The notes under the pieces are model-generated. The model saw nothing but the letters and a program-made list of their open reading frames with translations. It made no database searches and had not been told where the DNA came from. 64,000 bases of DNA from Negaprion brevirostris (taxonomy: Eukaryota): the NCBI GenBank assembly GCA_030324005.1, contig JARDVH010000163.1:94163061-94227060 (forward strand), written 5' to 3'. This document shows, one piece after another, positions 1 to 13,652 of the stretch. Both the position numbers and the translations under genes were made by a program. Positions within the stretch are counted from its first letter, which is position 1. Each line of letters starts with the position of its first letter.

Positions 1-80
1 CAGCCATGATCTTATTGAATGGCGGGGCAGGGTCGAAGGGCTGGATGGCCTACTCCTGCTCCTATTTCTTATGTTCTATG
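1..80 (+). mobile_element. CR1 LINE 3' terminus
   Basis: gatcttattgaatggcggggcag...tggcctactcctgctcctatttcttatgttct; near-identical copies at 13338-13385 and 23259-23331. Confidence 0.8.
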
Positions 81-2036
81 CTTAGGCAGGCTGATGCCTC
101 ATATAAGGAGATGCCTTTTGTTAGAGCACAGAACTCTGGGTGCTGCAAAGCCTTTTGATCTCACCTTCCTGAATGTCTATAGATGTTCTCCAAGCAAGTT
201 AAAACTTGAAATGTTTGCTCCAAAACGTCCACAGTGTTAAGAGCAGCATTCAAAGGAAATGTTCTTCTCATGTAACTGTGATCAGCATTGCAGGTGCCAT
301 TGATTTCAATGCAGTGGCAGATTTCAATGCAGACAACCGTTGTTGCACGTCCTTGAAATTTTTACTGAAACATCTGGGATAATTACAAATAAAGATATCC
401 ACCAGTGGATCCTTCAAATAGAGGAACATTTAAAGGCAGTACTCATGCAGAACCAGTAGAGAAGTCCACAGCACACAAGGGGCAATCTCAGCAGCAAAGC
501 ACGTAACACAATTGCCTACCACTGCAGAATCCAATAAAATTAATTAAATAGCAATAATACTTCCATTTTATATAAGTATGTTTAAATGTCTCAGAGCTCG
601 TCACATATTGGGTTACTGTTGTCATGCAGGGAAACTTCTAACTCCCATTAAAATTTGAATGCACCTTGCAGTTTTCTTGTGTCCAAAATAAAGAATTAAA
701 AGGAACAATTCTGCTGATCTCCTTGGAGTGCCATCTTTTATCTTGTACCATTTTAACCGTAATATTTTATATTGGAGCTGTCTTGATTGCAAGCTACCTT
801 AAGCAGTGAATAGCAATAATGATCAACATGTTTTCCAAAACTTGGCTAAAATAATCTAACAAAAAGCTTCAGTGAAAATGCAGCATAAATACTGCAAAAC
901 AATTCTTCCATGACTGTTCAAGAGTTGCTCTGTATATGGTGCTTTCCTTGCTCCCATTCCAAATGAGTACACAACAGAAAAAGAGCAAACGTGGCACAAA
1001 TACCTTTGAATTGTGCTGGATATTTACGTAAGTGTTTTTGATTACATCTGCAGACTTGATGAGGCTTGTGTAAAAATTGAGCGCAGGCACTGAAACTGGG
1101 AGAGCATGGAACTGCAGGCCAGCAATAGCCAAAGAATGATGCCTGGAATAGCAACCGAGTACGGCAATCATTACACCATGACAAAAAAAATTAAAGATAT
1201 CACTTCCAGCCTAATTATATACCCTTCTTACATCATACTGGTGCTGATGTACTACATCCAGTGTCTGCTACGTATCACACCCTGTTCTCCCCTTTCCTGC
1301 TGCTATTGATGCGCTACAGGATTTTAAATTTTCCAACAGGAAAAAGGCACAATTGTGTCCATTTCCTCCCCTGTGCTCCCTGTGCAGACAAACTGGTGAT
1401 CAATTTATGGTGAAGGTTAATTGACTAAATACCCCAGGTTTTTCTGCAAGGTGCAAGTCATTTCATGCAGGTGTGAGTAAACAACAGCACAGGTGTGGAA
1501 TGTATCTGTAACTAAAGGGGTGCAAAATCCTTCTACAATGCAGCAATGTTACACAGATATGGCATCTAAATACACAGGAGAATATAGTTTCAAATACACA
1601 GAGGCTACCAGATCACCTACGCGTGAGTGACTGACGTTAATAAAAAATGCTTTAGTTCCAGGTCCCTGGATCCCAGAGCTGTCAATCTGTTTGTAAAGAG
1701 ATCTATAGTGTATACATATTTCCCAATTCCTTTTATTCCGCTGCTTTTCTAGGCAAGTGAGTGTTAGTAATCCATATTGCTGTAAAGTGAAGGACATGGA
1801 TCATGGTCTTGTTTTTGGCTCCGGATAGATTACTGGTTCTTTTTTTCACAGAAATGATGTACCTCGAGTTTGAGTGCTGAAAAATGTTTAGTGCCCAAAT
1901 CTTCCGAGCTTCACAGTAATAGTTTGACTGTTGATTACAAGAGAGCCACTCATGCTAGATGTTCCTGCCTTTCCCATGGGAAGGATCTTCCAGTGACTCT
2001 TCCACAATCCACCAATCCCCACCAGCTCCCCCCCAG

Positions 2037-2078
2037 CACACACACATACACACACACACACACATGCACGCACGCACA
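2037..2078. repeat. imperfect (CA)n microsatellite
   Basis: cacacacacatacacacacacacacacatgcacgcacgcaca. Confidence 0.85.
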
Positions 2079-2302
2079 GCAGGCTTCCCATCGGCAGGAT
2101 GGGCGAGCCACACAAAATGCCATAGATCTCAATGGGACCAGAAGATCTCGCCAACAGCCAATACCAGGTTGCCTCCACCATCAGAAAACACATTGCATGA
2201 TGTTGAGATGGTGGCTTGTGGGGTGGGTGGTCAAAATTATTGAGTCCATAATGATTTGATTTAATGATTACACTAAGTGGAAGAAATATACATCTTGTTA
2301 AA

Positions 2303-2602
2303 GTTTATTTATTAGTCACAGCTAGGCTTACATTCACACTGCAGTGAAGATACTGTGAAAATCCTCTAGTTGCCACACTTTGGTGCCTGTTTGGGTACAC
2401 TGAGGGAGAATTTAGCATTGGCCAATTCACCTAACCTGCACATCTTTAGACTATGGGAGGAAACCAGAGCACGTGGAGAAAACCCATGCAGACGCTGGGA
2501 GAACGTGCAAACTCCACAGGCAGTGACCCAAGCCGGGAATCGAACTTGGGTCCTTGGTGCTGTGAGGCAGCAGTGCCAACCACTGTGCCACTATGCTGCC
2601 CC
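2303..2602 (-). mobile_element. tRNA-derived V-domain SINE with a non-CR1 tail
   Basis: Reverse strand shows A box TGGCACAGTGG, B box GTTCGATTCCC, the central domain tgtggagtttgcacgttctcc...ggtttcctccc and an AT-rich tail; partial sister copy at 61598-61702. Confidence 0.85.
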
Positions 2603-5319
2603 AATTGTGAAAGTTATGGTACTAATTCACTGTTACAATTAGTATGATTCATATACATATGTAGCAGCCATAACAACTTTCCAAGCTTCATTGCAATTTA
2701 ACCTGAAAGTGGTATTGGTTGAGAATGGACTTTGTCCGCTTAACAAAAAAGATTTGGAATACTGTCAACAATATCAAAGAAAGGTCGTTATGATGCTACA
2801 AAATTGACAGGCAGCAAAAGATCAGCTAGTCTGTTAAGTCTGCTCCAAATTGAGCTTGGCTGGAACAGCAGGAGTAATCATTTATTTTCTCCCTCTTTCC
2901 ACACACCACCAGAGCCAATCCCGGAGCTCCAGTAGAGACAAAAAAAAACCCAGGACCAATAAGGAAAAATGTACTTGGGAAATTTCTTTCCAAGCTCCTT
3001 CAGTGAGCAAAACCAGCCCAGGGGATTTTTTTCTCAATGCTGAATATTGTTCTTTTAAGCTGCTAACTCTTTCTGATTTTGAATTTCCTGTTTTAAAATT
3101 AGTATTGGTGTCGGCGAGACACGTAATAAGGTTGTGATGTAAATAGGGTAGAATTGACTTTGTACGATATTGTAAAAAGATTATCGTGAATCTTGGCCAT
3201 TTTCCATCTCTCCCAGCTTATATTTCCATTTCGGGAGAAATGCAGAATAAGTTCTATCTGGACTATAGACCATTTTATATTATTGCACAGTCAAAATGTA
3301 CTCTCAAATCCTCTCTATCTCTCAAATGCCAAAGGTTGAGTAATTCTCCAGTATTAGATCAGTGCTGCCTCCAAACTTCAATCTACCTCAAGAGGTACAA
3401 TCTCTCACTCACCCCCTTCTGCTAATCTAAAATGCATGTTGGTTTTACCAGAATATTGTCTTTACCAGAGACAGTATCAAAACCATGCACAACTAACCGA
3501 TGATTGCAGAACAAATGTGTTATTGATTGTTCCAATTAATAGAGGAACAGGTACATGTCAAGCCTTGATATACCTACCTCTTGTGACCTGGAATGGCTGA
3601 GCAATCTTATCTTCAATGATTGCTATCTCAGGGCAGAGAGAAGTTTTTTCACTTGCTGAGAAAATATGGTTTTGATTCAAGTAAACCATGCTATTTACAT
3701 CAAATAATCTCCTCATTAATGTCCCCTGAAGTTAGACACATCTATCCTTTTCTCTACAAAGACCAACTAGACGGATGACAGAGAGAGCATTTTCCAGTAG
3801 ATGTTCAGTGTAATCCAGAATCTTTAATGGAGGCTTACTACTTAGCTATTTATATGAGGCACAAAACTGCATAATGCCTTCCAATTAGAGTACTGAGCTT
3901 GAAAATTAAATCATGTAGAGAAGAATGAAAATGATTGATTTTGATGGCAAGCTACCAATTCTTGGTTTTCATTTTTAAGTTAGAAGCCATTACTTTCTGT
4001 AAAATAGCACTGATTACGTTTCGGTGTAAATACATGCAAAATATAGCATTAAGAATTAAAATTAAATCAAAGTACACTTCTAAGCTACAACATTAGGCCA
4101 GCAGTACTTTGAGCTATTTGAAATAGCTGAATTTAATGGTTTGAATCAGTCAAGTATTTTGATGTGCAGAAATACATAAAGATGATCATAAGATTAATTT
4201 GAATGAGGAGAACCATGTGGCTAATCAGAGCTGGTCTGTCCAGAATGATCCTACTACACCCTCTCCACTTCAACTCCCAGTCATTTTGGCAAATGATTCC
4301 AGGGCTTTTGATAATTTAGCTCCACCCTCTCACTTGCACACTATGTTGACATCTAGCTCGAATTTACTATTAATTAGACATTATAATCATACTGAAGCAT
4401 AAATAAAACAAAGAAAATTGGGCGGGGAGTAAAAATTTGCAGGTGTGAGTGGGTGAATCAAGCATTATAATACTTTCCTTCATGGAACAGCTTATCCTCT
4501 GATTGTCCACATCAATGCCAAGCAAGAAACATGAGTTTTCAATGCAAATACAAAATTTCTCAAAATTCCAGTTTCAAGGATATTTGTTGTATTTTTCATT
4601 TATGCTTTAACATAAGGAAATAATTATTTATGCCCTGTAATTTGTAATATTTAGTCTTCATTCAGTTGGCTTTTTACATTTCTGACTGACTATGGACAGG
4701 ATTTTTTTTGTATAATTTCCACCATGCCACATAGCACTTCAACGTGTATTCATATTATAGTATTCTAATAAAGTGAGTAGATGTGGAAAATAATGCAACA
4801 AAACATAATACCATTAAATGCACTTTGCATTTTGTTGTAACATTAAAACTGTGGCATGTGTCTTTAAATAAAATGGAAAAACTGTATAGATTAGTTAACC
4901 AGTGTACATATTGATTTTTTTTAATCAGTTGCATAGCTTAAATCAATTAATGGTGGTGGAAGGGGGGAATGGAGAAATAGACTTTAAAAATAAAATTAAT
5001 AAATGTTAGTACATTACTGTATGACCAATCAATACAAGGGCTTTGTGAAACTGAATGACGTATTGGGATACCAATATTCAAGTCAGATGCTGTTTGCTAA
5101 ATTATAAATGCCTGTAATTAAAATCCAGAGGCTGTTTCTATGAATGATTTAGTAAGTTATTTCATGTTTTGTCATGGCTGATTAACAACATTAAATTAAC
5201 TTTTTCTTACTCAAGTCTTTGACTTTGCCATTTACTTAAAGGGCCATTGTCAACAGGAATTCTGGCTTGCATGTGAGTCATTCATGTTGATAAAAAATAG
5301 TCACTAGTTTTAATTATTT

Positions 5320-6010
5320 TCAATTCGATCACGGATTGTGGACATTGCTGGCTAGGCTAACATTTATTGTCCATCCCTAATTGCCTTCGAGAAGATGATG
5401 ATGAGCCACCATCTTGAACTGCTGCAGCCCATAAGTTGTAGGTATACCAACAGTGCTATTGGGGTGGGAGCACCAGGGTTTTGACCCATGACAGTGATGG
5501 AATGGTGATAAAGTTCCAATTCAGGATGGTCTGTGGCTTGGAGAGGAACTTGCACATGGTGCAACAATATCTGCTTCCCTTGTTCTTCTGGGTGGTAGAA
5601 GTCACAGGTTTGAAAAATGCTTGGTGACTTGCTGCAGTGCATCTTCTTGGTGGTGCACATTGCTGCCACATGCATTGGTGGTGAAGGCAGTGAGTGTTTA
5701 AGTTGGTAGATAGGCTGCCAATTAAACGGGCTTTCTGTCCTGAATGGTGTCAAGCTTCTTGAATGCTATTCAAGCTGTACTCATCCAGACAAGTGAAGAA
5801 TATTCCATCACAAAACCTATGCCTTATAGATGGTGGACAGGCTTTGGAATGCCACTGNNNTCCTAGCCTTTGTCATGCTCTTGTAGTTACAACATCTGTA
5901 TGGCTGGTGCCATTTAGTTTCCAATCAATGATAACCCCCAAATGTTAGTAGTGGTGTACTCAGCAATGGTAATGCCTGTGAGTGTCTTAGGGAGATGGTT
6001 AGACTCTTTT
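5320..6010 (-). mobile_element. decayed CR1-clade LINE, 3' part
   Basis: Reverse-complement similarity to 36105-37045 and 45712-46620 (shared 3' end and ORF2 C-terminal remnants). Confidence 0.75.
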
Positions 6011-6184
6011 GTTAGGAAGAGTTTAGTGAATGTCATTTATATGCATCATAAATAGGTTAAAAATAGTAGTATACATTTTGATTTATTTAACAATATTCAG
6101 GAGTGTTATTACGGTAAATGTTGTGATATTCTTCAGTGGTCATTGTCACTTTCAGCTCAGACAACCTCCTGCAATGGAATCCGG

Positions 6185-6412
6185 GCAAAATACTGTGGAT
6201 GCTGGAATCTGAAACAAAAACAGAAAATGCAGAGAAACTCAGCAGGTCTGACAGCATATTTGGAGAGCGAATAGAGCTAATGTTCTGAGTCAGGAAGACC
6301 TTTTGTCAGAGCTGTGATGAAGGGTTATCCTGACTCGAAGCATTGGTTCTATTCTATCTCTACAGATGCTGTCAGACCTGCTGAGATTTTCCAGCATTTT
6401 CTGTTTTTGCTT
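6185..6412. mobile_element. palindromic Penelope-like terminal-repeat remnant with decayed hammerhead motifs
   Basis: Inverted arms caaaaacagaaaatgc...ctcagcaggtctgacagcat / atgctgtcagacctgctgag...gcattttctgtttttg; centre tgatgaagggttatcctgactcgaagc resembles CUGAUGA..GAAA. Confidence 0.7.
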
Positions 6413-6641
6413 CTCCAATAGGATATATTTTATCCACAGCAATGATCATTATGTCTGTGTGAACACGCTTGGAATCAGATGGGAAAGATTAGGTCAACTT
6501 TATATAGAAGGGCAGCCATGTTTCCAAGACAAAATTATTTTATTTCCTATAAAATACAATGGTTCTTAAAATTGAATTATCCAGACTGTAATGTGATGTG
6601 AATCTCCTCTCTAATCCAGAATCTTTGCTGTTTTATTTCAG

Positions 6642-6798
6642 CAACAACAGCCACTAGCAGCACACCACTTAGCCCTTCAGCAGCAGCTTCTCCAGGTGCA
6701 GCAGCTTCAACAACAGCACATTATGACTATGCAGCGTTGTGGCTTGCTCACAGTCCAGTCCGGACAGCCGGCTCTCTCACTGCAAACACTGGCACAAG
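6642..6798 (+). CDS. FOXP1: FOXP1 coding exon (approx. human exon 10), end of Q-rich region
   Basis: Acceptor ttttatttcAG|, donor AAG|GTAAGC; 157 nt; translates [52 protein letters not shown](G), resembling FOXP1 [46 protein letters not shown]; phase 1 matches the next exon. Confidence 0.93.
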
Positions 6799-8779
6799 GT
6801 AAGCGTGAGGCCCGGAAATGGGTCTGTTTAAAAACAGGCCTCTAGGTCGGACTGCTCAAATGGGAGCTGCAAAGCCACAGCAGTTAAGTTGTTCAGGAGA
6901 GGGCAATTGAGCAGTGACAGGACACACCAGCGTATAATATGAAAGCTATGAATGAGACGATGCATGAAGTGTAATCTGTGCAGCAACACATCAGGGACAC
7001 CCTTAGGTAATTCAACAGCCATGTCATTGATTGATTTGAATAGTTGTATGTTACAGCAAGTCTGTTCCTTTGGTGTTTAAGGAGCATGTTTAAAGCCTAA
7101 GGGTGTCTATCTGCAAGCTATTGACCAAAGAACCTACTGAGTGGCTTCAGAGTTACAGTTCTACTGGTGCAGTAAACTAATAGCAGTGACACTTCTCCCT
7201 GTGGAACTGAGATTCTTTGGAAAGCTACTGAGAGTTTGTGCAGGCAGAAATACAAAGTAATTTTTTATCACTGCGATAATAGCCCAAAACTGATGTCATT
7301 ATGAACCTTAAATCAACTTTATGCTTGCTTGAACATGGTCACCTGAGTATAGAGGTACAAGGACGAAAAAGGTTGAGCAACTATGTTTGTCTTTCATCCA
7401 GTACTACCTGGGATTGGGAAATTGAGTTCTATGAGCAGTAATCAATCATGTTTTCCAACAACATACATTTTTCAAAGTAGTGTCCATTTCTTTTATAATG
7501 AGGAACAGCAGTGTATGTGTTTAAAACTAAATGAAATAAATATAGAATAAAATCCATCATGCTGCATCCTTTTCAAGGTAATCCCATTAAAGATAGCACA
7601 TGTCACAATCTACTTTCTCGTAGTAGAATGTCATGTAATCAGCTAGCCTAACTATTTAGCTCTGTTTTAACCATGCGAATAGTGGTTTTGCGGTTAGCTA
7701 TGGCAGTAATTGTTACCACACAAGCAGTATTGTTCAGCATTTTTGCTAAAAAAATTAATATTTCTAGTATCATGTTTGAAATAGAAAGGACAGTGCGAAG
7801 GAATAGGGCAATCTGTGTTGTGACCTTCCTGGTTGATGTGCTAGTTGTTATTGCTAGGCTAATGCTTGGAAGGTTGTTCTACTGTCCTGCGATAATTCAC
7901 TATTCTTTGATATGCAAACTATCTGCCCAGAACATGTAAAAATCCTATCAGTCTCATTTCACACTTCTTAACCACTTAGACTCTCTGGAGTCTATTGCCT
8001 TATTAGACCTACACTCTCCAATGCTACCGTAATTAAAATCTTTAGCAGTAGTTTAGTAAAGTAAAGATATTTTGGCTGATCACTTTGAGATTATTATCCA
8101 ATCCTTGCACCCAAAATGAAAGTAATAAATTAGATTTTGACCTGGTATTCTTCCTGATCTGAAGTGCTTGAATATTTAATTGTGATTTGTAATTAAAATA
8201 TAGTTAGAACCACAGGTTTTTTTTTTTGCTTTCTGCTTTCAAATTTGCACATTGGTTTTTGAATGAAGTCAAATTTTAATGATAAAGACAGGTGATTAAA
8301 AAATAATTACTGACATAATATTCTAATTTTGTAGTAAAATTATAAAAGGCCTTTGAATATGGTGCAAATGAATTGGTTACATTTACAGCACATTATTTTC
8401 AATTATGCGTTTTATATTTAAAGAGGAATGCATTTTCCATTAATATATTGCAAAATATCTGTGATAATAACTAAGTGCTTTGATTTTAAAAGGAGAGTGA
8501 TGTGCAGAGCAGTCTGGTTATGTTGCAATTTGAACAGATCAATTATTGCATACACTTGAAGAATTTACTTTTAATTATCAACACTAGCTGAACATACAGC
8601 GGGTTACACTGTGTCTTGTTAGAAGTATTGCAACACATAGGAATATAGTTAGGAATTGTCTAATTAACATCAGACCTTGTTTACATACACTTTGGTATTT
8701 TAATTAGTGTGTGAAGAAGGATAAGTCTGCTGTTCATGGATCTAATTATACAATATGGAACTATTGCTGTTTGACACAG

Positions 8780-8975
8780 GCATGACTCCAACAGAACTGC
8801 AGCAGCTGTGGAAAGAAGTGACTGGAGCTCACACGATGGAAGAAAGTGTAACCAAAAATGGCAGCCTAGACCTTTCTACTAGTTCAATTTGCTCTCCCGC
8901 TCCACCACCTAAGACCTCACTACCAGTAACCCTGATGAACGGGCAGTCTACGGGTCACACTCCAAAAAGGGAATG
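8780..8975 (+). CDS. FOXP1: FOXP1 coding exon (approx. exon 11)
   Basis: tttgacacAG|GC...GAATG|GTAGGC; 196 nt; (G)[64 protein letters not shown](C); the [12 protein letters not shown] and HTPKRE motifs are FOXP1-diagnostic. Confidence 0.96.
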
Positions 8976-9504
8976 GTAGGCGTTAATAAGACATTATCTG
9001 CCACTGATCCAACTAATTTGTTTTATCTTATAAGTCCTTTTATAGCCCTCACTTGTCAGGCTGGTGGTATCTCCATTCATTCATCATAATCTATTATGTG
9101 TAATGATGCCTGATTATCCTGCTAGTATTTCTTTTTTATATGAAAAAAATGAGACCTCAGAAGAATTGTGTGGGTAAGTAGCCATGCAGTGTTAATGGGC
9201 TTCAGCACAACGTTCTAGGACAAAGAATGCATGGTTTTGTTGCTGCTCTGTTTCCTAAAGAGAATGGCATATCAATATAATGACCACCACCATCACCTAC
9301 CACAATATGACTTCCACTAATGTCATGTTTTGAAGAGTATATCTGAATTATGTAGTGACGCTTGGTAACTTATTTTTCATTACAAATATTCAGAATCCCG
9401 TTAAATCACATAGCAACATATGTTCCCTTACCTCTTGCCTCCAGCTCAGTAGGTTTGTGTACTTAAAATGGAGAGAGCCTGTATTACACGGAAAACAAAT
9501 GAAT

Positions 9505-9775
9505 GTAACTGCATTTGTGTAGCATTATATCACTCGTTCATAATATCCCCAAGCACATTACAGCCAATGTATCACCTTTGAAGTGCAGTGACTGTTGTCT
9601 TGCAGGCAAACATTTGTGCACTGTAATATCTGACAAACAGCAAACGATTGAATAACTAGGTGATCGATTTTTAGTGATGGTACTTCAGAGAAAAATGTTG
9701 GCCATGATTGCAGAGAGGACATTCTGCTGTTCTTCAAATTGTTCTAGCAGATCTTTCATGGCCACCTATGGGGAT
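9505..9775 (-). mobile_element. Deu-domain SINE (SacSINE1-like), decayed
   Basis: Reverse-complement similarity to the Deu domain seen at 21530-21820, plus an L2-type tail. Confidence 0.65.
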
Positions 9776-12689
9776 AGATTACATATTAGTTTATCATGTG
9801 AAAGACATTATTAAGGACCTTCAAAGATCTTTGGTGAAAAAATACTTCCTGCCTTATTCGTGTGTTTAGAAAATGAAAATTTTCTTTAAAAACACGGTCT
9901 CACATATACTGGAAAGATTGAGGAAGTAGTGTAGGCTAAGTTCCCAGATTACACAAGTTTTTATAGACAGGGCAGAGAAAATAAGTGTAGAGATAGAGGA
10001 GAAGGGTGACAACAGCAAGAAGGGGAAGGAGGCTGGAACACTCCCTGGGAGCTAGACTAAAACCAAGGGTGGCAGGAACACATAAAAGCTGCAACTACAT
10101 GAAGGGGCAATCACAACTTGGGAAATATAAAATAACAATCAATTTGAGAAAGTCTTCAGAATGCTGACACAAACGTCCTCATACTGGAAGTGTGAAGTAG
10201 AAATGGCCCCTTTATGGCTGGAGATTTCCTAAAAATGTGATGGAGTGTTTGGGACAAGAAATTGACCACCTCACTGGGGCAAATGAAGTAAACCCAATAT
10301 GTTCCCTGACCCATCTTTGCAGTCATTTTGTACATATTGGTTGTCTTCATTCATTAGTTGATGGGCTTAATTCTATCTTCTAAGACCATAGTTTGCCTGG
10401 GGTGGTCAACGCTATCTTAAACATTCCCTGATGTAGCTAGGGGAACATCATTCTGACTCTGAGGTGTTAATTGCAGAGGCTGACAGTGGGCTGAAAATGT
10501 GCATGATTTGCTGCCCTCTCTTGGTCCTCTTCTCAGCCAGTTGAGCTTTTCGTTTCTGTTTGGTTCTTCCAATGTCTTTCCAGACAGCCACTTTCCGGAG
10601 GCAATGGCCCTCACTATCTCCTGATTGTCAGTGTCATATCTCACTTGCAGATCTCCTTGAAAGTTGCAATCCTGTCTCAATAAAGTTCATGTCCTGGTTG
10701 CAAGTGAGAGCAGCTGTTATTAATTGGAGAAAAGTTAGGGCATTTTTGTTAAGTTTATCTAAGAACCTGTTTCCACAGGGGTTGGGGACATGGAAGGGAC
10801 AGTAAAAGTGAGACTGTGCCTTTTGTAAATAAACCTAAGGAATGATTGGCTGCTGACTCCTCCTTTACTCAATGAATGAGCAGCACATTATAACATAGAG
10901 GAGGTACGGGCACCCAAGAAGTTATGCGATCAATTCACGGCACAGAAGGTCTTTTGGTACATGGCTGTTACCTATCCAATGGAAGTGTCTGAGCCAGCTC
11001 AGAATTTGTTGGCTTAGCAACGAATGTGTGCTGGTGGCATTAACATGCTCCACCACCTCTGTGTTAGTGACCTAATCCTACATAAGATGTCGAGGATATA
11101 CCTGAGACAGCAAATGTGGAAATTCTCCTGTGTACCATATGTTGTCCAGATCCCACCACACAAGAGGAGTGCACTGAGGAGACAGGCTTGGTAGACTCAG
11201 CTTGATGCCGTCAGTCAGGTTGCTGTTGGTTAATTTGTTACCCTCAGAGTGACAGAAGAGTCAAAGGTGTGAATCGGACAATGGTGAGTGGATACTCTAC
11301 TGAAGTCATTCCCTGCTTCCCAAACTTACTGTCTCAGCAACTTTTAAGTCCCTTTCACATAACAAAGCATCCCAAGGTGCAAGTAACCTTCATACCTCCC
11401 AAATACTCCGCAAGGTCTAAAGCTATGGGCCTGCATTTTCAGATGCTGGATCTCCTTTCCTGCCATCTGAATGGTCTGGTTGCTCCGTAACCATTTCCCA
11501 CTGAAAAAACAATTGTGATTCATGTCAGTTTTCCTGCGAATTTAGCACTTAGAATGCTTTTGGGAGAATTGCACCTCCCCCCCCGCTCCAATTAGTCCAC
11601 CCTTAATGGCTACACCATTAGCAGNNNNNNNNNNNNNNNNNNNNNNNNNNNNNNNNNNNNNNNNNNNNNNNNNNNNNNNNNNNNNNNNNNNNNNNNNNNN
11701 NNNNNNNNNNNNNNNNNNNNNNNNNNNNNNNNNNNNNNNNNNNNNNNNNNNNNNNNNNNNNNNNNNNNNNNNNNNNNNNNNNNNNNNNNNNNNNNNNNNN
11801 NNNNNNNNNNNNNNNNNNNNNNNNNNNNNNNNNNNNNNNNNNNNNNNNNNNNNNNNNNNNNNNNNNNNNNNNNNNNNNNNNNNNNNNNNNNNNNNNNNNN
11901 NNNNNNNNNNNNNNNNNNNNNNNNNNNNNNNNNNNNNNNNNNNNNNNNNNNNNNNNNNNNNNNNNNNNNNNNNNNNNNNNNNNNNNNNNNNNNNNNNNNN
12001 NNNNNNNNNNNNNNNNNNNNNNNNNNNNNNNNNNNNNNNNNNNNNNNNNNNNNNNNNNNNNNNNNNNNNNNNNNNNNNNNNNNNNNNNNNNNNNNNNNNN
12101 NNNNNNNNNNNNNNNNNNNNNNNNNNNNNNNNNNNNNNNNNNNNNNNNNNNNNNNNNNNNNNNNNNNNNNNNNNNNNNNNNNNNNNNNNNNNNNNNNNNN
12201 NNNNNNNNNNNNNNNNNNNNNNNNNNNNNNNNNNNNNNNNNNNNNNNNNNNNNNNNNNNNNNNNNNNNNNNNNNNNNNNNNNNNNNNNNNNNNNNNNNNN
12301 NNNNNNNNNNNNNNNNNNNNNNNNNNNNNNNNNNNNNNNNNNNNNNNNNNNNNNNNNNNNNNNNNNNNNNNNNNNNNNNNNNNNNNNNNNNNNNNNNNNN
12401 NNNNNNNNNNNNNNNNGCTAGTTCCCTGAAAGTGGGGAGCTAGTCTGAACCCTGCTGGAGAGAAATTGTATTGATACGGTGGGAAATGCTATTAAGTCCC
12501 AGGCCCGATAATCACATTTAAATAACAGTAAAATAAGATTTAAATCACTTATCTGCTGTTCACGCCAGTTTCCAGTGTGGTCCCAACTGTGCCGGATATC
12601 TGACATATGATTCTTGAGGCCTGCCATACTAGAGTAGCTCGGTGGGATGAGAATCGCCCCCTAAAATTGGGGGTCCACAGTAGCCAGAA

Positions 12690-13140
12690 CTGGAGGAGTG
12701 CGGATATTTCTTAGAATTGTGGGGCTGAGGCAATTGTAGCAACAGGCTGGAATAGAATCATGAAAATTTTAAAGTTGAGATATTGCTTAACCTGAAGCTA
12801 ATTTTGGTTAGTGAGCTCCACGGTGAACTTGGAGCAGATTTTCCGATGGCATGTGAAGTCAGTGACTTCAATCTTTCCAATGTTTAATTGGAAGAAACTC
12901 CTGCCTATCCACCAGTAGATTTGGGATAAGGATTTTGGGAATTTAAAGACAGTGGTAGTTTGCTATAGCTGGGTGCCATTAGTGTAGATATGTAGTTTTT
13001 TTTTAGGTGACGCTGCCAAGGAATGGCATGTAGATAGAGGGCCAAGGATAGATTCTTGAAGTCCACCTGATGTCAGGGTGCACATAGTGAAGCAATTGTA
13101 GGTGATTCACTGGTTATGTATGAATGCAACTAGGCGACAG
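12690..13140 (-). mobile_element. L2-like LINE fragment
   Basis: Overlaps in sequence with 17150-17290 (gaaaattttaaa...gacattgct) and is reverse-complementary to parts of 19300-20600. Confidence 0.55.
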
Positions 13141-13337
13141 TCTTTGCGCCCAATGATCTGCGTCCCTTGATAGGTGGCCACTTGCAGTGAGACATAATTT
13201 GAATCTGCTTTCATTGTTCTGATCTCGCTGCTGATAACTATTGAAGTCGTTCTCCCACCCGCCCCCACCAACTCCCCTGTAATACNNNNNNNNNNNNNNN
13301 NNNNNNNNNNNNNNNNNNNNNNNNNNNNNNNNNNNNN

Positions 13338-13385
13338 AAGGGCTGGATGGCCTACTCCTGCTCCTATTTCTAATGTTCTTATGTT
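13338..13385 (+). mobile_element. CR1 3' terminus next to an N gap
   Basis: aagggctggatggcctactcctgctcctatttctaatgttcttatgtt. Confidence 0.75.
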
Positions 13386-13442
13386 ACCACACTGTAATTG
13401 AGCACCACAGCTCCTTATCCATCAGACATCATTCAAAGTTAA

Positions 13443-13652
13443 TCGCCGGGATTCCCTGGTCTCCCTGCAGCATGTTTCTTGGCACCAGAAGGTGGCACAC
13501 CATTGGCTGGTGATGGGACTAGAAGATCTTGCTGCTGTCAGTGGGATTTCCCATTGAATTCACCCCATGCTACCAGGAAACCTGCAGTGGGAATGTGTCG
13601 TCGGAGAGACCTGTAGATCCCGCCAGTGTGAAGAGCAAGTAGATCACAGCCA
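13443..13652. mobile_element. MITE-like non-autonomous DNA element
   Basis: GC-rich, internally repetitive, ends ccgggatt...gatcacagcc; related pieces near 1975-2155, 23630-23745 and 33950-34140. Confidence 0.45.

Noticed and set aside
8755-8779. In-frame intronic ATG (MELLLFDT) before exon 8780, and stop after read-through (REW*)
   Set aside because: Ordinary ORF-caller extension over splice sites; no supporting promoter or poly(A) evidence
11606-12421. 271-aa ORF and other X-filled ORFs (38438, 43427, 28866)
   Set aside because: They run through N gaps and are not genes
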